A stretch of 64,000 bases of DNA from the human T2T-CHM13v2.0 reference genome, Homo sapiens. The position numbers and the translations under genes are program-made. Shown one piece after another: positions 12,830 through 25,683 of the stretch; position 1 is the stretch's first letter, and the number at the start of each line of letters is the position of its first letter. The stretch lies in assembly GCF_009914755.1 (NCBI RefSeq), contig NC_060930.1; one strand, given 5' to 3'. The notes under the pieces are model-generated. The model did no database searches and had not been told where the DNA came from. It saw nothing but the letters and a program-made list of their open reading frames with translations.

Positions 12830-13240
12830 CTGTGTTTACAAAACATACTCTGAACTTTCTGTCCTCATGCTGTTTACTGCATCTGGAATGTCTTTGTCCT
12901 ACAGACGTTTCCAATGCAGGCTTTTGAAATCCAACCCAACAATAAAACTAGCTCAAGGCACTTTTTCAAGAAGGTCTCCCCAAGTCCTTCAGGAGGTATT
13001 TGTTTCCATCTCTTTTGTGTTTCTTGCTCCACTTTCCCTTCTCCCCACTCTCAACCTCCTTGTTGGACCTCGAGCAGTCTACTAGTATAAATATTTGTAT
13101 ATTATAAATATATAAGTATTAGTATAAATATAATATTTGAAGAACTATCCTGCAGCAAGTATGTTTTAGTCATCTTTGTTTTGTTTATAATACATTGTAG
13201 AGTGCTTTTTGAGTGCTTAGAATCAATGCATTCTTTGAAT
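12830..13240 (+). mobile_element. L2 3' fragment
   Basis: catgctgtttactgcatctggaatgtc...agctcaaggcactttttcaagaagg. Confidence 0.55.
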
Positions 13241-13544
13241 TAAATTGTTTAATTTAATTTAAATATGCCACTTCAAATATTAATTTTTTCTTTTATTTTT
13301 CCTTTCAATACAAAGGCAGGGAATGGGTAGTTGTAACATCAGTGGAAAACTCAAATTTACTGATTATTACTTTAATGTTGTCTGAAAAATGTACCAAAAC
13401 CCAAACGTACAAAACTCCCAAACTCAGCCTAAAGGAGACTGCTTTTTCCTCTTTACCTGTGTTTGAGACTTTCAGTGTCCCTCCCAGACCTTAATTAATC
13501 CTGATAGTCTCTATATTGTAGACAATTTTAGGGGACTATGACAC

Positions 13545-13700
13545 ATAGGAAAAAGAAAATCTGGGATTCTGATCCCAGATGTGCAAATAAAGAGCAATTT
13601 GATTGTGAGGAACACTTTATCCTCTCTGGGTCTCAGTTTCTCTAGAAAATGAGGGAACAGGAATGGAAGATCTTGATGGTCTTATCTAACCATAAAGTTT
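13545..13700 (+). mobile_element. MIR3/MIR fragment
   Basis: cctctctgggtctcagtttctctagaaaatgaggg core. Confidence 0.7.
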
Positions 13701-13789
13701 ATAATTTTTGAAGACACAGTTTTTGGGCTATATAAATAAAGTTTAGAACACTTAGTACGGACTGGCATTATGGCAAGCATTTTACATGT

Positions 13790-14260
13790 TTCCTTTTGTT
13801 GTTTGCTGGTAACAAATACAATTCAAATTGCCTTTTAAAAATGGGAATTTATTGCTTGGTATAACTGGAAGACCAAGGGTATATGGACTTCAGGCAGTGC
13901 TGAATTCAGAAGCTAAAATGATGTAATCAGTGTCTGATTTTCTCCATCTTACTGCTGCTCTGCTTTCTCTCTTCTGACTTCTCTGTGTTGGCCTCACTCT
14001 TAGTCAGGCTCATGGATTATGATAGAAAAGATAATGGTAACAGCGTTAAGCTAGAAAATTATGGGTGAGAACGCTGACTTGCCTAGTTTAGATCACAGGT
14101 GTAGCCCTTTGCTCAATTACTGGGTCCCAGAGAAGAAATATATGATCCTCTTAGGCTCAGATGAACATCTACCTGGATGGCTATAGGACAACTATGATAA
14201 ATTGGACCAGGACCAATGGCATCAGGAAAGCACATTAAACTCCTATGAAAATCATGGCAC
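13790..14260 (-). mobile_element. MLT1 (J/K/L-like) MaLR LTR
   Basis: gggaatttattgcttggtataactggaag...cttcaggcagtgctgaattcaga, antisense MLT1 motifs. Confidence 0.7.
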
Positions 14261-14919
14261 TCCTAGAGCAGAAGGAAACTTTTAAGTTCGTCTACCTGTT
14301 GTTCAACCATCTACTGAGAAAGCCTGAATTGTTTCTGCAATTCTGGTAAGGAAAGGAAAGGTTTAGATTATGTTTAATAACACTGATTTTAGAGAATTAG
14401 CATTTTTGTTTTTAGCTAAAGTTTGAAAAGACACAGGTAGAGATCTATTTTTCTTTTACACAAAATAACTGAAATGGTTCATAATTATCCACATAAAAAT
14501 GGACACACATTGTCACAATTGTTTATATAGTGTCCTAACAATCCCTGAGTTATAATAATTAGTTTTAGCACACATTCAAGAATGCTCTTCTTTCACTGTT
14601 TTTTTGGAGATAAATTATAAGGAAAAAATTATACTACTTATTGAAAAGGGGAGAGTGATAGTCCAAGATAGAAATATGAGAAAACATTGTGACAAATTAT
14701 AAATATAAAATTCTAGAATGAGGGAATAAATTGGAGTGCAGAGCTGAATCTCTATTGGTTTCTAAAGTGAATCTGAGGTTTATTTCAGAGGATAAAGGAA
14801 TAGTGGTGAATGAGGTCTCATATTAATATGCTGGTCTACTTTGAGGTATTGTAAGAGGGAGATATGTGGATTGGGGAAATTGTTGGCTCAGTCTGAAAGT
14901 AAATGAATAAAAAATATGG

Positions 14920-15130
14920 TGGTCATTTCAGAGCATTGTTGACTGCTAAGTGCTTTGTGCATCATCTTCTCACAAAAGTGAGCACTTATATTAGCCCCAT
15001 TTTATAATGAAAGGACCTAAGACTAAGAGCAGTGATAGTGTGCTGGGAACACAGAACTAGAAAATGGCAATAGCAGGACTTGATCCTAGGTATTCCTGGC
15101 TCTGATACCCATACCTTAAGCACCACTATG
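14920..15130 (-). mobile_element. MIR SINE
   Basis: tattagccccattttataatga...ggacttgatcctagg...cttaagcaccact. Confidence 0.75.
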
Positions 15131-15137
15131 TTTTGTA

Positions 15138-15208
15138 CTGGGTTGAACCATGTGGAATTCCCATTTTGTAGTTCAAAACAGTCAAAATGTCAGCTATTTC
15201 ACAAGGTA
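15138..15208. mobile_element. MADE2 (Mariner-derived MITE)
   Basis: ggttgaaccatgtggaattcccattttgtagttcaaaacagtcaaaatgtcagctatttcac resembles the roughly 80-bp MADE2 consensus. Confidence 0.7.
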
Positions 15209-15534
15209 AAAGAATATGCTCAGAACCATAATTTTGGGATGTTAAAGAGATGATATTTATATTTTTCTACCTTTAAACTTCATATGAAAATGAATAGCAT
15301 TTATGATGTCTTTTCTTTCATGGTTTAGAGAAATTATCTTTTTTCTCCTACTTCTCATTCTGGGAAAATGCAATATAAAGTTTAAATTAATAGTCTTACT
15401 TACATAGGCAGGGACTTGTGCAAAATCTCATTATAAAGTTCAAGTGACATGATATTAATTTCTTGATTTACCATAGCAGGTGGTTGTGAAATTAAAATGA
15501 AAGAAAGTAATGCCAAATTGCAGAATGCTATCAT

Positions 15535-15690
15535 GATTACTAGCTTTGTGACTGTGGGCAAGTAACTGAACTTAATTTAGTCATATTAATCTAATATACC
15601 TTGTAGAGTTGTTGTGCAAATTAAATTAGAAAATGCATGTAAAGAGCTTAGCACAGTGCCTAGCTGAATAAAATTTCCTTGTTACAATTT
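15535..15690 (+). mobile_element. MIR SINE
   Basis: tgtgactgtgggcaagtaact...atgcatgtaaagagcttagcacagtgccta. Confidence 0.85.
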
Positions 15691-16692
15691 TTATTTTATT
15701 TCCAGATTTTTAAGTGTCTATTTGAGAATTGAATCCAGGTGGGAGATTCTGAGATGTCTGACTGATACAAGTGCACTAGTGGCTAATATAATAAATAATG
15801 CAGGAATGACTTTAAATGAAGCATGGACAAGTACTCTCAGGCTGTTTAAACCTTGGCTCTACTATCTAAGCCTGTGGTGCTGTTTATGAGCAAAGCATAA
15901 TTCAGAGTTTAGATTTTCTTTAATGGAAACCATCCAAATTTGCCATCTGAGCCACAAGGGAGAAATGTACCTATGTGCCACTCACTGGTGCTCAGGAATG
16001 TGGCATATGTACAAGTTTGCTTTTTTTTCACAAAAACACCAAAGTGGTGAAAGTTCTTAGCAACCCATTAAAAAGGCTCTCTTGCTGAAAGACTCCTTTT
16101 CTTATCAGCGCTCTCACAAGAATTTACATCCCACACTGAGTCATGCAGTAAGTTTAGTGCTTCCCGGCAAGCAGCTTAGAGTCAAGTTCTGCAGCTATTC
16201 TTAGCTGCTCCACACCCTGTAATAGATGGAAGACACTGTATGAACTTGCAAATGACACATTGTACCGATGACAAACAGGGTGGATTGTGTCAGATTGAGT
16301 TTCGAAGTCTCTACTTTCTTTCGTGTATTAAGGACAGTGGGGAAAAAAAGGCAAAAAAAAAAAAAAAAAATGACGGGTCTCCTTGAGATTCAGTACTGTA
16401 TCGGATATAGCATCCTGTAATGGAATGTGAACTGAAAGCAGAAACATACATTTTTGCAATTCACTGAATTTTCACTCTGTTCCTATCCATATTCAGGGCT
16501 AGATTAAAGATATCAAAGCAATAATAGTCAATATTTCACTTGCAAGATCTCATTGTGATCATGAATAATATAGAAATCATGCTTTGCTTTTGAATGGTAA
16601 GTAGAACGTTGCATTATCATGTGCAAGATAACATTTTCTCTGGCAGCTTCCCGTTAAAGTCAGTGTGCTTGTATAAAGCATCTTTTCTCTAA

Positions 16693-17107
<415 letters not shown>

Positions 17108-17229
17108 TCATCACTATCTTTTTTATATGTCTGTTTCCTGAGTACACTTTTTCCTTCTATGTGTCCCCAATGTGTAACATGATCCCGGGCACACAGCAGG
17201 GATTATTTATCAATATAAGCATACAAATA

Positions 17230-17450
17230 TGTGTATATATATTGAAAATGAGGTTATATCATATATGTTTTCATAATGTGGTTTTCAAAAATCTAACAGA
17301 CTTATGGTAGAAATTTTACATGCTAGTAAATGTAGAAATCTATATTTTCAAAATATCTTATTTTATGGAAGTATCATAAACTATTTACCTAGTCCTCTCT
17401 TATTGGGCACATAGTTAATTATTCAGAAAAAACTACATTGAAGTGTGTTT
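17230..17450 (-). mobile_element. L1ME-like fragment
   Basis: aaaatgaggttatatcatatatg...tatttacctagtcctctcttattgggcac. Confidence 0.55.
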
Positions 17451-17464
17451 TCATTCAGTCCCTG

Positions 17465-17762
17465 TTCATTCATTAATTTAGTCAACAAATATTAGTTGCC
17501 TTATATTTTTCAGGCACTGTTTAAACTCTGGGAATATCATGGCAAATCAACATTTGAGTGAGGGGAAAGAGACAATAAAATAAACAAAAATATAACAAAC
17601 ATGGAACACATAATAAATATGATTATTAAAATATATATTCTATATTCAAAGGTGATCAGTAGCATGGAGAAAAATTAAATGGGGAATATTGGAAGGACAT
17701 TTATAATAAGGTGATCAGGGACTGCCGAGAAGGTGACATTTCAGTAAAGACCTGAAGGAGGA
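17465..17762 (-). mobile_element. L2a 3' end
   Basis: ttcattcatt...caacaaatatt...caggcactgt...gagaaggtgacatttcagtaaagacctgaagga. Confidence 0.85.
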
Positions 17763-18779
17763 GTGCCTGCTAAACTCCTTGAGGGCAGAGATCATGTCTC
17801 TTTTGCTTACCCTTATGTGGCAATTCCTGCTTTCATGAAGCTTAGAATCTAAGGTCTAATTTGATGTGGGTTATCTGTGAGTTATTACCAGGTAGATGGT
17901 TGTTGCACTTTACATATTTATATATTTTTTTAATATTTTAAAACTTCTCTACGACAACCATATGCCACTTTTAAATTTTAAAATGACATCTTAATTTTAA
18001 AAATATTTGGTTAAATTATTTTGTTAGAGTCATCATACTGTGGACATGTCATGTCTACAAGCATCCTACCCATCAGCTTTGTTTACGTGAATTATTTGAA
18101 CTAAAACTCATCCATCATGCACCTAGGTAGTCCTTTTCTTGACCTAAGTGCATGACTTTGCCTTTTCATCTTTCAGTTTTGGCTCTAAGTTGACCAAGTT
18201 TGAGGAATTGAAAGATTTCATGAAAAGCTGAAATAGGACACGCTGTACAGCGGCTTGAACGTGAAAGGTCAAGCAGACCTTTGGGAGCAATTCATAAAGG
18301 CTTTTGCTAATCTGTTTTAGCTTCCCTTCCTCATTTTTGGGAAGATGTTGCTTTCTCCCTTTGTTGGAGGTCATTCTGCTCCCTGTACCTGTGATAGATT
18401 GCTCTATGAATTGATGCACTAGGGAATACTTGCAGAAGTAAACAGTAGGAGACCCAGGAGTGAGAGACCTCTTCTACTTCTGAGAGAATACTTTTATATT
18501 TTCGTGTCGTGTGTTTTTAGTTTTCTCTGCGATACTGAAAAATCCCCAATCTTCTATATGCAGAAAAATGCTAAAACCCATCTCTAGAAGCTTGCCAGCA
18601 AGAATGCCTTTATTTCCACAGCTATTATCCACATCGATGTACAATTCCTAGCTCTTTTTAGTGAAACATTTCTCTTATGGAGTGAAGAAGAAGGTTTAAA
18701 AAGTATTTTCAATTGAAGGAAGAAAGAAAAGAATTTTCTTAGTAGTTCATAATATTAGTTTAATTCACTTTTGGTATTT

Positions 18780-19150
18780 GCATAGAAGTTAAAATATTCC
18801 AAAGCATTTTTTACATCTCTACCATGATTTGTACAATGTTCTAAGGTAGTAGGGTTATTTTTGCTTTATAAATGAGAAAAGTAAGTCACAGAAAAGAAAA
18901 GAAAATTGCTTAAAGGCATAGGGTTAACATTTATTGAATGCTTACCTTTGTCAGACATGTTCTAAGCATTTTATATGTATTCACTCATTTACTCCTCACA
19001 ATAGCCCAGGTGACTTTGGTATTACTTCTATCCCAGTTTTTCAGATCAAGAGACAAAGCACTGAGGAATTAAATGACTTGCCCAAAGACATGCACAGCTA
19101 GTTGACACCAGAGATGGCATTTATCCACAAAACTCTGGTTCTAGCACACA
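18780..19150 (-). mobile_element. Two tandem MIR copies
   Basis: aacatttattgaatgcttac...ctcatttactcctcacaatagcc...aaatgacttgcccaaag, preceded by a more degraded MIR at about 18780-18920. Confidence 0.8.
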
Positions 19151-20159
19151 ACACATAACAATTCCATATGGCTGCTACACTGGGTAGATGGGAGGTTGGG
19201 ACTATAATTATGCAATGTGAACTTTGGAAGGTTTCTAAGTTCAGTAGTTACAACTGCATACGACTACTGCCCCAGGATACAAAAATAAACCAAACTTGTC
19301 TCAGAATATTCTTAACTATTACAGTAAATTCACAACAAACTATCTTGCTAGAAATTTTGTTACATTCTTTTGTCTGTAAGGGTTAATAAACTTATAAAAT
19401 GCTTGCATATTTGCATTCAGGGGGAATAGTAGTTGCTTTTTGTTGTAGCAGAACCTGCATTCTTAGAAATGCTGAGAATATAGACCTTCTCAAACTTTTC
19501 TCCTTCTGCAGAAATCTCTTTGCAACATCCATGACAAATACTAATCGATTTCTGCTAGATCACGTCCAGTCATGGCAAGTCCACTAATTTTTTTAAGGCA
19601 GTTTTTTCCATTTGAGATAACTGATTGTTGGGAATTAATTTTCTTTTTCTTTTTAAACATTGGATTAATTTTTTTTCTGAATGTAGTAAAATGTTTTGCT
19701 TTAAGAATTCCAAGATGCAGTATGACATTTCTGCCATTAAATAGAGCTCCTGTTTTACTGAAGAAATGCAAGAGACCTTTACAAACTGTTTGAGACAGAG
19801 AGGCAAAAATAGAGACTAAAGGTTCAACAAATGTATTGATAGTATTTAACAGGAGAAGAAAATCTGACCTGTAATAATACACCATGTTGACTTGCATATT
19901 TTCTTCCACTTTACCCCTGAAACTTTAAACAGAAAGCTAAGTTATAGTAGTCGGACTTTCTAGAGGTCAAATTAGGCAAATAATTTTGGATCACAGGCTT
20001 AGAAAAATATACTCTGTATTTTGTGTAGAGACATTATATGTGTGTGTATGTGTATATTTTAGGGGGAATAGAAAAAAAAAACATGTAGGATAACTAATTG
20101 GGCAAATGAATGGAAAGGCTGTGTTTATAATTGGGTCTTTACTTCCCTTTCAAGTATCA

Positions 20160-20600
20160 AAATTCAGTTTGATAAATAATTATTAATCATCTTCCAGGTG
20201 TCAGACTTTGTGTTAGATACTGGGGTTACAGTGGTAAAAATAAAGAGGTGATCTCTGCATTTTGGACATTGCATGTGGTTGTGCATGTTTACTGCCAAGG
20301 ACTTGAGTGGGAACTGAAATGCAGGCAGCATTCCACTTGATAAGCTGTGCACTATGGCACAGGGTTGCATCTGTCTGGAGAAAGGGTAGCCTTTATCTAA
20401 CCAGCACTGATGTGCTCTATGGCCTTATGGCCATCTGCCTACTTTATGAAGCTTACATTCTAACAGGAAAGGCAGTCTTTAAACAAGTAGCTATGTGATT
20501 AGTGTTATAAAAGGGAGGTAAACACAGACCATTTAATTCAAGTCAAAAGGCTAATAAAATCCTCCTTGAGAAAGTAACATTTCATATAAGCACCAAATAA
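20160..20600 (-). mobile_element. L2 3' end interrupted by MER91A
   Basis: tgtcagactttgtgttagatactggggttacagtgg before the insert and tatgaagcttacattctaacagg after it. Confidence 0.75.
20262..20436. mobile_element. MER91A (hAT-Tip100) fossil
   Basis: gcatgtggttgtgca...gaactgaaatgcag...aagctgtgcactatggcacagggttgcatctgtctggagaaagggtagcc resembles CpG-decayed MER91A. Confidence 0.65.
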
Positions 20601-23214
20601 TTTGACTAGGAATTGAAGCCATGTTGTTCTAGATGAGAAGAAACAGCTCTCTTTTCCATACATCATACAAAAAATTGTTAGTGACATTGGACCCTCAAAC
20701 AAATATCAGATATCAGATATTGGCTCAAAGACAATTGTTGTAATTCACAATTAGTTGGGGGTAGAAACCAAATATCTAGAGGAAGATAGAGAGAGATAGA
20801 AGGAGGAAAAGAAGGTAAGAGAAAGATATGTGGAAATTGACTTACCTTCTACTTCCACTGTAGTAAATTCAAGCTTAAAGCTCCGTAGTTGAACCTGAAT
20901 GGTTTTAACAACAGTATCAACAACAAAAAAGTAAATTCTACAAGTCTATAAGGCAGATATGCTGTACTATCATTTAGAAACTGATATATTGGTTGGGCGT
21001 ACATTTTCAAGGCAAAGAGATAGAGGGAGAGATTTGAATCAGTGTATTCAGAGACTTGTCTAAGGGCCTACCTAGCTTGCATGCTTTCCTTCCTTCCCTT
21101 TCTTCCCCATATTCCTTTCAACCCAAATGTGCTGCTTCTAGTTTTCTGGATAAAGTAAAAGACTACACTTAGGGCTCAGATTAACTCAGGCTTTTACTCA
21201 GTCTTTCACTGGAGAATCTGGCACTCAAAATGTTGCTTTGATTTGTCTTTGTGTATGTAGATCCCTCAGAACTCCTTGGAATTTAGGTGACTGGCAAAAC
21301 TCAGGCATTCCTGTGTGCCATGCCATAATAATATTACAATACTGCTGCTAATTCTTGTTGATACTTCCTCTTTATTCTCTAAATTGAGAAATTAATATAT
21401 GAGGAGGGGAAATATTCAATAAATAGGATGTGAATTAAAATTTGATGACAATTCATACAATTTTGGAATATGGGGATGAGAAAAGAAATAATCATCTCCA
21501 GATTTGTCACTTTATCAAAATAATATAGAAATGAAGGTGCAAAGTCACACAATTAATGAGTGAACAACCCTGGATTCACGAATGTATGTTGTTCTTAATT
21601 CCCTGCTGGCCATAATAAATAACAAGATTAGTATTATTGGTATATCTAAAGGTTAGCATTTTTTTTAAATAGCGTTTGGTTATTTAGCTAATGGATATGT
21701 AAAGAGAAAAAGAGAGCAATGGAAAATGTCTAACTTTGTGTGTTATCTATTACTTTGGTTTATGAATGGAATAATCACTCTATTATACTGGCTAAACTTA
21801 GTTTCACTTTTACAATGGTTATTTCCTTTCTAGTTCTCAAAATATTTTGAGCCTTGATTGACTGAAAATGAGATCCTTTTCATTCAGCATAGGCATGTAG
21901 TGATTTCTCCTAAAGTTTTATCCACAAAAGTAGACTTTTGATTAACGATTTTTAAAATAGTAAATTTAATGCTCCTGTATAATACCTTTAAACTCACTTT
22001 ATAAATATAGAGAGAGTGGAAAAGTGGAAATGACAAATTACTATGTGTCTGGAGAAATCTTAGGTAGCTTCAAGTACTCTCCCTGGAAAGTCTAGATACC
22101 TTCAGAGCTGCTGAAAGCTATAGTTATCTACTCTACATTTTAAAGATGACAATATTATATGATGTTAAATATATGGCATTCTTGCCAAAATTCTCAAGTG
22201 CTTCATGCTTAAATGACATTCCTGAATCCTAGTTATTTTAGCAACACTTTCTTCATAACAAGTTCAAATGAGATATAAGAAATCTTAGTAGAGAAGTTAT
22301 TCACCTATGTTGTAATTTGGCCTTTCACTGTTACAACCAGCATTCCTAAATGTCTTCAAGGGGCTAGAGTCAGAGAAAACAGGAAGGAAATCACAGTTGG
22401 GTGAGAATGTTCCTTGGCTACATGCTAAGTGATTATGTGTTGAGGTCAGAGTTGTAAGATGTGACTCCCACTGTGCATTCTGACGTGAACCACACTATCT
22501 CATTTACTGTCATTCAGCTCATATACATATCAGTTACATTTCGATATCTTTAGATGAAAATCTATGGAATGGGAGTAGGAAACATTTTAAGTCAAGGGTT
22601 ACATAAATAATTGTTCTAATTTCTTATTTTTGGAACTATATAGAGAAAAAAGGTATTTAAATAGGACAATAATTTAGCAGAAAGGGAGTTAGAAAAGATA
22701 GAAGGAGGATTCATCACAGTATGAAGATGGGAAACAGACAAATAGAGAAAAAATTACATACATACATTTGATAAAGAAAGAAGATACACAGAGTTCAATG
22801 CACAGCCCCCAACAATGCCCTAGGGAGAAATCAGATGGAGGCAAATAGGAAAGAGAGATCTTGGGATCTTAATTAGAGACATGACAGAGGTTTCAAGTTT
22901 TACTGTTTCTTTTTTTTTTTTTTTGCTAAATAACTTTAAATCTGTTTGTGTTTCACATATCTAGTCATAGTTGATGTGGACAATGGTAAAAAGCTTACAA
23001 AAACTCCAAAGGGGTTGAGATATCTAGGAGAAGTGTCTGGAACTCTAGAAACAGTAACCAACAATTTGTTAATTTCACCCATCTGAGCCATTTTCCTTAC
23101 TTGCTTTTGCTGTGCAAGTATCTCATCATATTAGTAGAAACACAATTCGCTCAGGAAGGAGATGGAGGCAAGGAAATAGAGATGGCCAAGTTAACTGAGT
23201 GACTTTTCTTGAGG

Positions 23215-23450
23215 ACGAGGACCAGATCAGCAGTAGACAAAACTGTATCAAGAGAAAGCTGAGTGCTAGGCTGCACTAACCAGCTGAGTTGTTTTGAGCT
23301 GGTTCCTCAAAATGTGAGCTTGTTTCCTTATCAATAAATGCAAATAAAACCATGGCTTACTGGATTGGTTTGAAGATTAAATGCAGTAGTATATGCCCTT
23401 CCCTAATTGTAAAGTGGATAAAATAAGCAAATAACCACTGTTATTATTAT
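23215..23450 (+). mobile_element. MIR SINE
   Basis: gtttccttatcaataaatg...tgaagattaaatgcagtagtatatg. Confidence 0.65.
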
Positions 23451-23529
23451 TTCATTGTGCTCAAAGCTTCATACCAGGCAGCAGGCTCTGATCTTTGAAG
23501 AATTTATATAATTGCAGAAGTAGGACATA

Positions 23530-23700
23530 CAAATTGAATTTAAGTGGTATCGAATAAATGAGACCATTTGTGTATTAAACACTGCGCTAGTGTTGGGATT
23601 CAGAAGTGAATATATTACCCATGCTCTCAGGGAGTTTACACTGAAGAATTAGTGTAAACCATGAATGCAACTTGTAAAAATACTAACAATGAAGATGTAA
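23530..23700 (-). mobile_element. L2 fragment
   Basis: acactgcgctagtgttgggattcagaagtgaat...tgctctcagggagtttaca. Confidence 0.7.
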
Positions 23701-24844
23701 AAGACTAAAGAAGAGATCTGAGTATTACAGGGTTTATTAGGAAAATCTCAGCATGGGTGGGAAGATAAAGCAAGGGTTAGTTTAGAAGTCCTATTTTGGT
23801 TATAGCTCCAGGATTGCCTAGGGATTTGTGCCAATCCCATTGCTTTCTCAAGTTGGTTGTATATTTTTTAAACCATTGCCCTTTAAAAGTCTTTGCTTTG
23901 AAATGTACTTATTTTCCCTCTACACGTTTTAAAAATTTCATTTTAGGATATTTCTGAAATCATTTCCTGCTGACCTGATTTTACATTAGACATCTTTGTG
24001 ATAAAAAAGGTAATAGCATATGGAAACATACATTCTATTCCTTCACCATCTGAGTGACAGTGCGAAGAGGGATCAGACTAGAGAATCATTTGTTTTCTAT
24101 ATTAACAGTATGTTTTTTTTTCTTTGTAGTGTTTCTTACTTCCAATCCAAACAATGTCTATTTCATTATTCCTAAATGAGTTGTTCTTCCTAACACATTT
24201 TCCGTTCATGATGTCCTTATTAGCCCACCCTCAATTTTCACTTTTCCCTGTTTTCAAGTTCTGACAAAGCTTTCTGTAATATGTTGTTTGAATTCATCTA
24301 CTCTGTTTAACTAATGTTTTGGGATGTTTTAAGGGCCTTTTGCCAAGTATCCTCTCCACAGACCATACATAATATAGCCAAGTCAATAGCCATCAAAGCA
24401 CCTTTAAAATAAATTGGGCTATTTCCTTATTTAAAAACTCAACATCTGAACCCTTTGCTATAATCTGATTTACTCGCCTTCCATAAAGTGGGGCCCTGTC
24501 ATTTTCTGTTCCCAGAAGTGTGGGAGAATGAAAGGGAAAGAAGAGAGGTGAGGAACAGGGAATACTGAGGTGGCACTTACTCATCCCTCAACAGAATTCT
24601 GCTCTAAGCCTCTGCTGATGCTGGCTTAATTTTAATATCTATTTTTTAATTTTTTAAAATAAAGGAAATTATCCACGATTATTGGAAAACAAAACATAAG
24701 GAAAAAGTAAAGTTTAAGACAGCCTTTTCATATATATTTTGGACAGAGATCAAGTCGAGTGCCTATCACAAAGTGGGTGCTTAGTTAATGTTTGTCAAAT
24801 AAATCAATTAATGTGCAGGGCTAGAATTAATATGGGTCAAATTG

Positions 24845-25148
24845 GGCTGCATGCAATGGCTCATGCCTGTAATCCCAGCACTTTGGGAGGCCGAGGCGGG
24901 TGGATTACTTGAGGTCGCAGTTCGAGACAAGCCTGATCAACATGGTGAATCCCCGTCTCTACTAAAAATACAAAAAAAAATTATCCGGTCGTGGTGGCGT
25001 ACGCCTGTAATCCCAGCTACTTGGGAGGCTAAGGCAGGAGAACTGCTTGAACCTGGAAGGTGGTTGCATGAGCCAAGGTGGTGTCATTGCTTTCCAGCCT
25101 GGACAACAAGAACAAAACTCTGTCTCAGAAAAAAAAAAAAAAGAAAAA
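24845..25148 (+). mobile_element. AluS (Sq/Sp-like)
   Basis: Full dimer with caacaagaacaaaactc; partial TSD ggtcaaattg at 24835-24844 and 25160-25169. Confidence 0.95.
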
Positions 25149-25467
25149 GTTGCGGGGGAGGTCAAATTGTAAGGTCTTTTTCTACTTACCCATATTTCTC
25201 AGATCCCTCTTTTCCTCTATCACCTTGTTTCTCTTTTAATCTGAGTACTCCTAATACTCTCCGCACCAGTGTGTGTGTGTTGGTAGCGATGGGGAGTATA
25301 TGTGTACTTGAAAAATTAATTGCTGAAAAAATTCCATTTTAAACTTATTTGTTTTGTAATATTTGCAGGAAACATTTTGGATGTGATAAAGGTATTATGA
25401 ATTTGGCATATTTAACAATGGTGTGCTAATTCTGTACATATGTTTAATTTTCTTGCTTATCCTTTAG

Positions 25468-25538
25468 GTGTAAATGTACAACAAATAGGCATTAAACAAT
25501 TTAAAACATTTGGCTTCATCAGGTCAAATATTGTTAAG
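25468..25538 (+). other. Candidate 71-nt exon (unverified)
   Basis: Acceptor ttttcttgcttatcctttag|G and donor AAG|gtaagt in apparently unique DNA. Confidence 0.25.
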
Positions 25539-25643
25539 GTAAGTAAATTTGTCCAAGGTAGATTCATTCTAAAAAGTCTAAGCTTTTAAAAAATGGACAT
25601 GATTAGATGGAGTGGGATAGGGGTAGGCAGAACTAGGTCAGTG

Positions 25644-25645
<2 letters not shown>

Positions 25646-25682
<37 letters not shown>
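25646..25682. repeat. (GT)18 microsatellite
   Basis: Uninterrupted GT dinucleotide run. Confidence 0.98.

Positions 25683-25683
<1 letters not shown>

Noticed and set aside
20847-20895. Minus-strand 49-nt exon with AAG|gtaagt donor
   Set aside because: The acceptor lacks a polypyrimidine tract; isolated strong donors are common.
24842-25342. 166-aa ORF and similar ORFs at 7158, 16786, 16826, 30104, 36933, 40375, 40694, 43229, 54684, 60098 and 60329
   Set aside because: Translations of Alu sequence ([28 protein letters not shown]), not genes.
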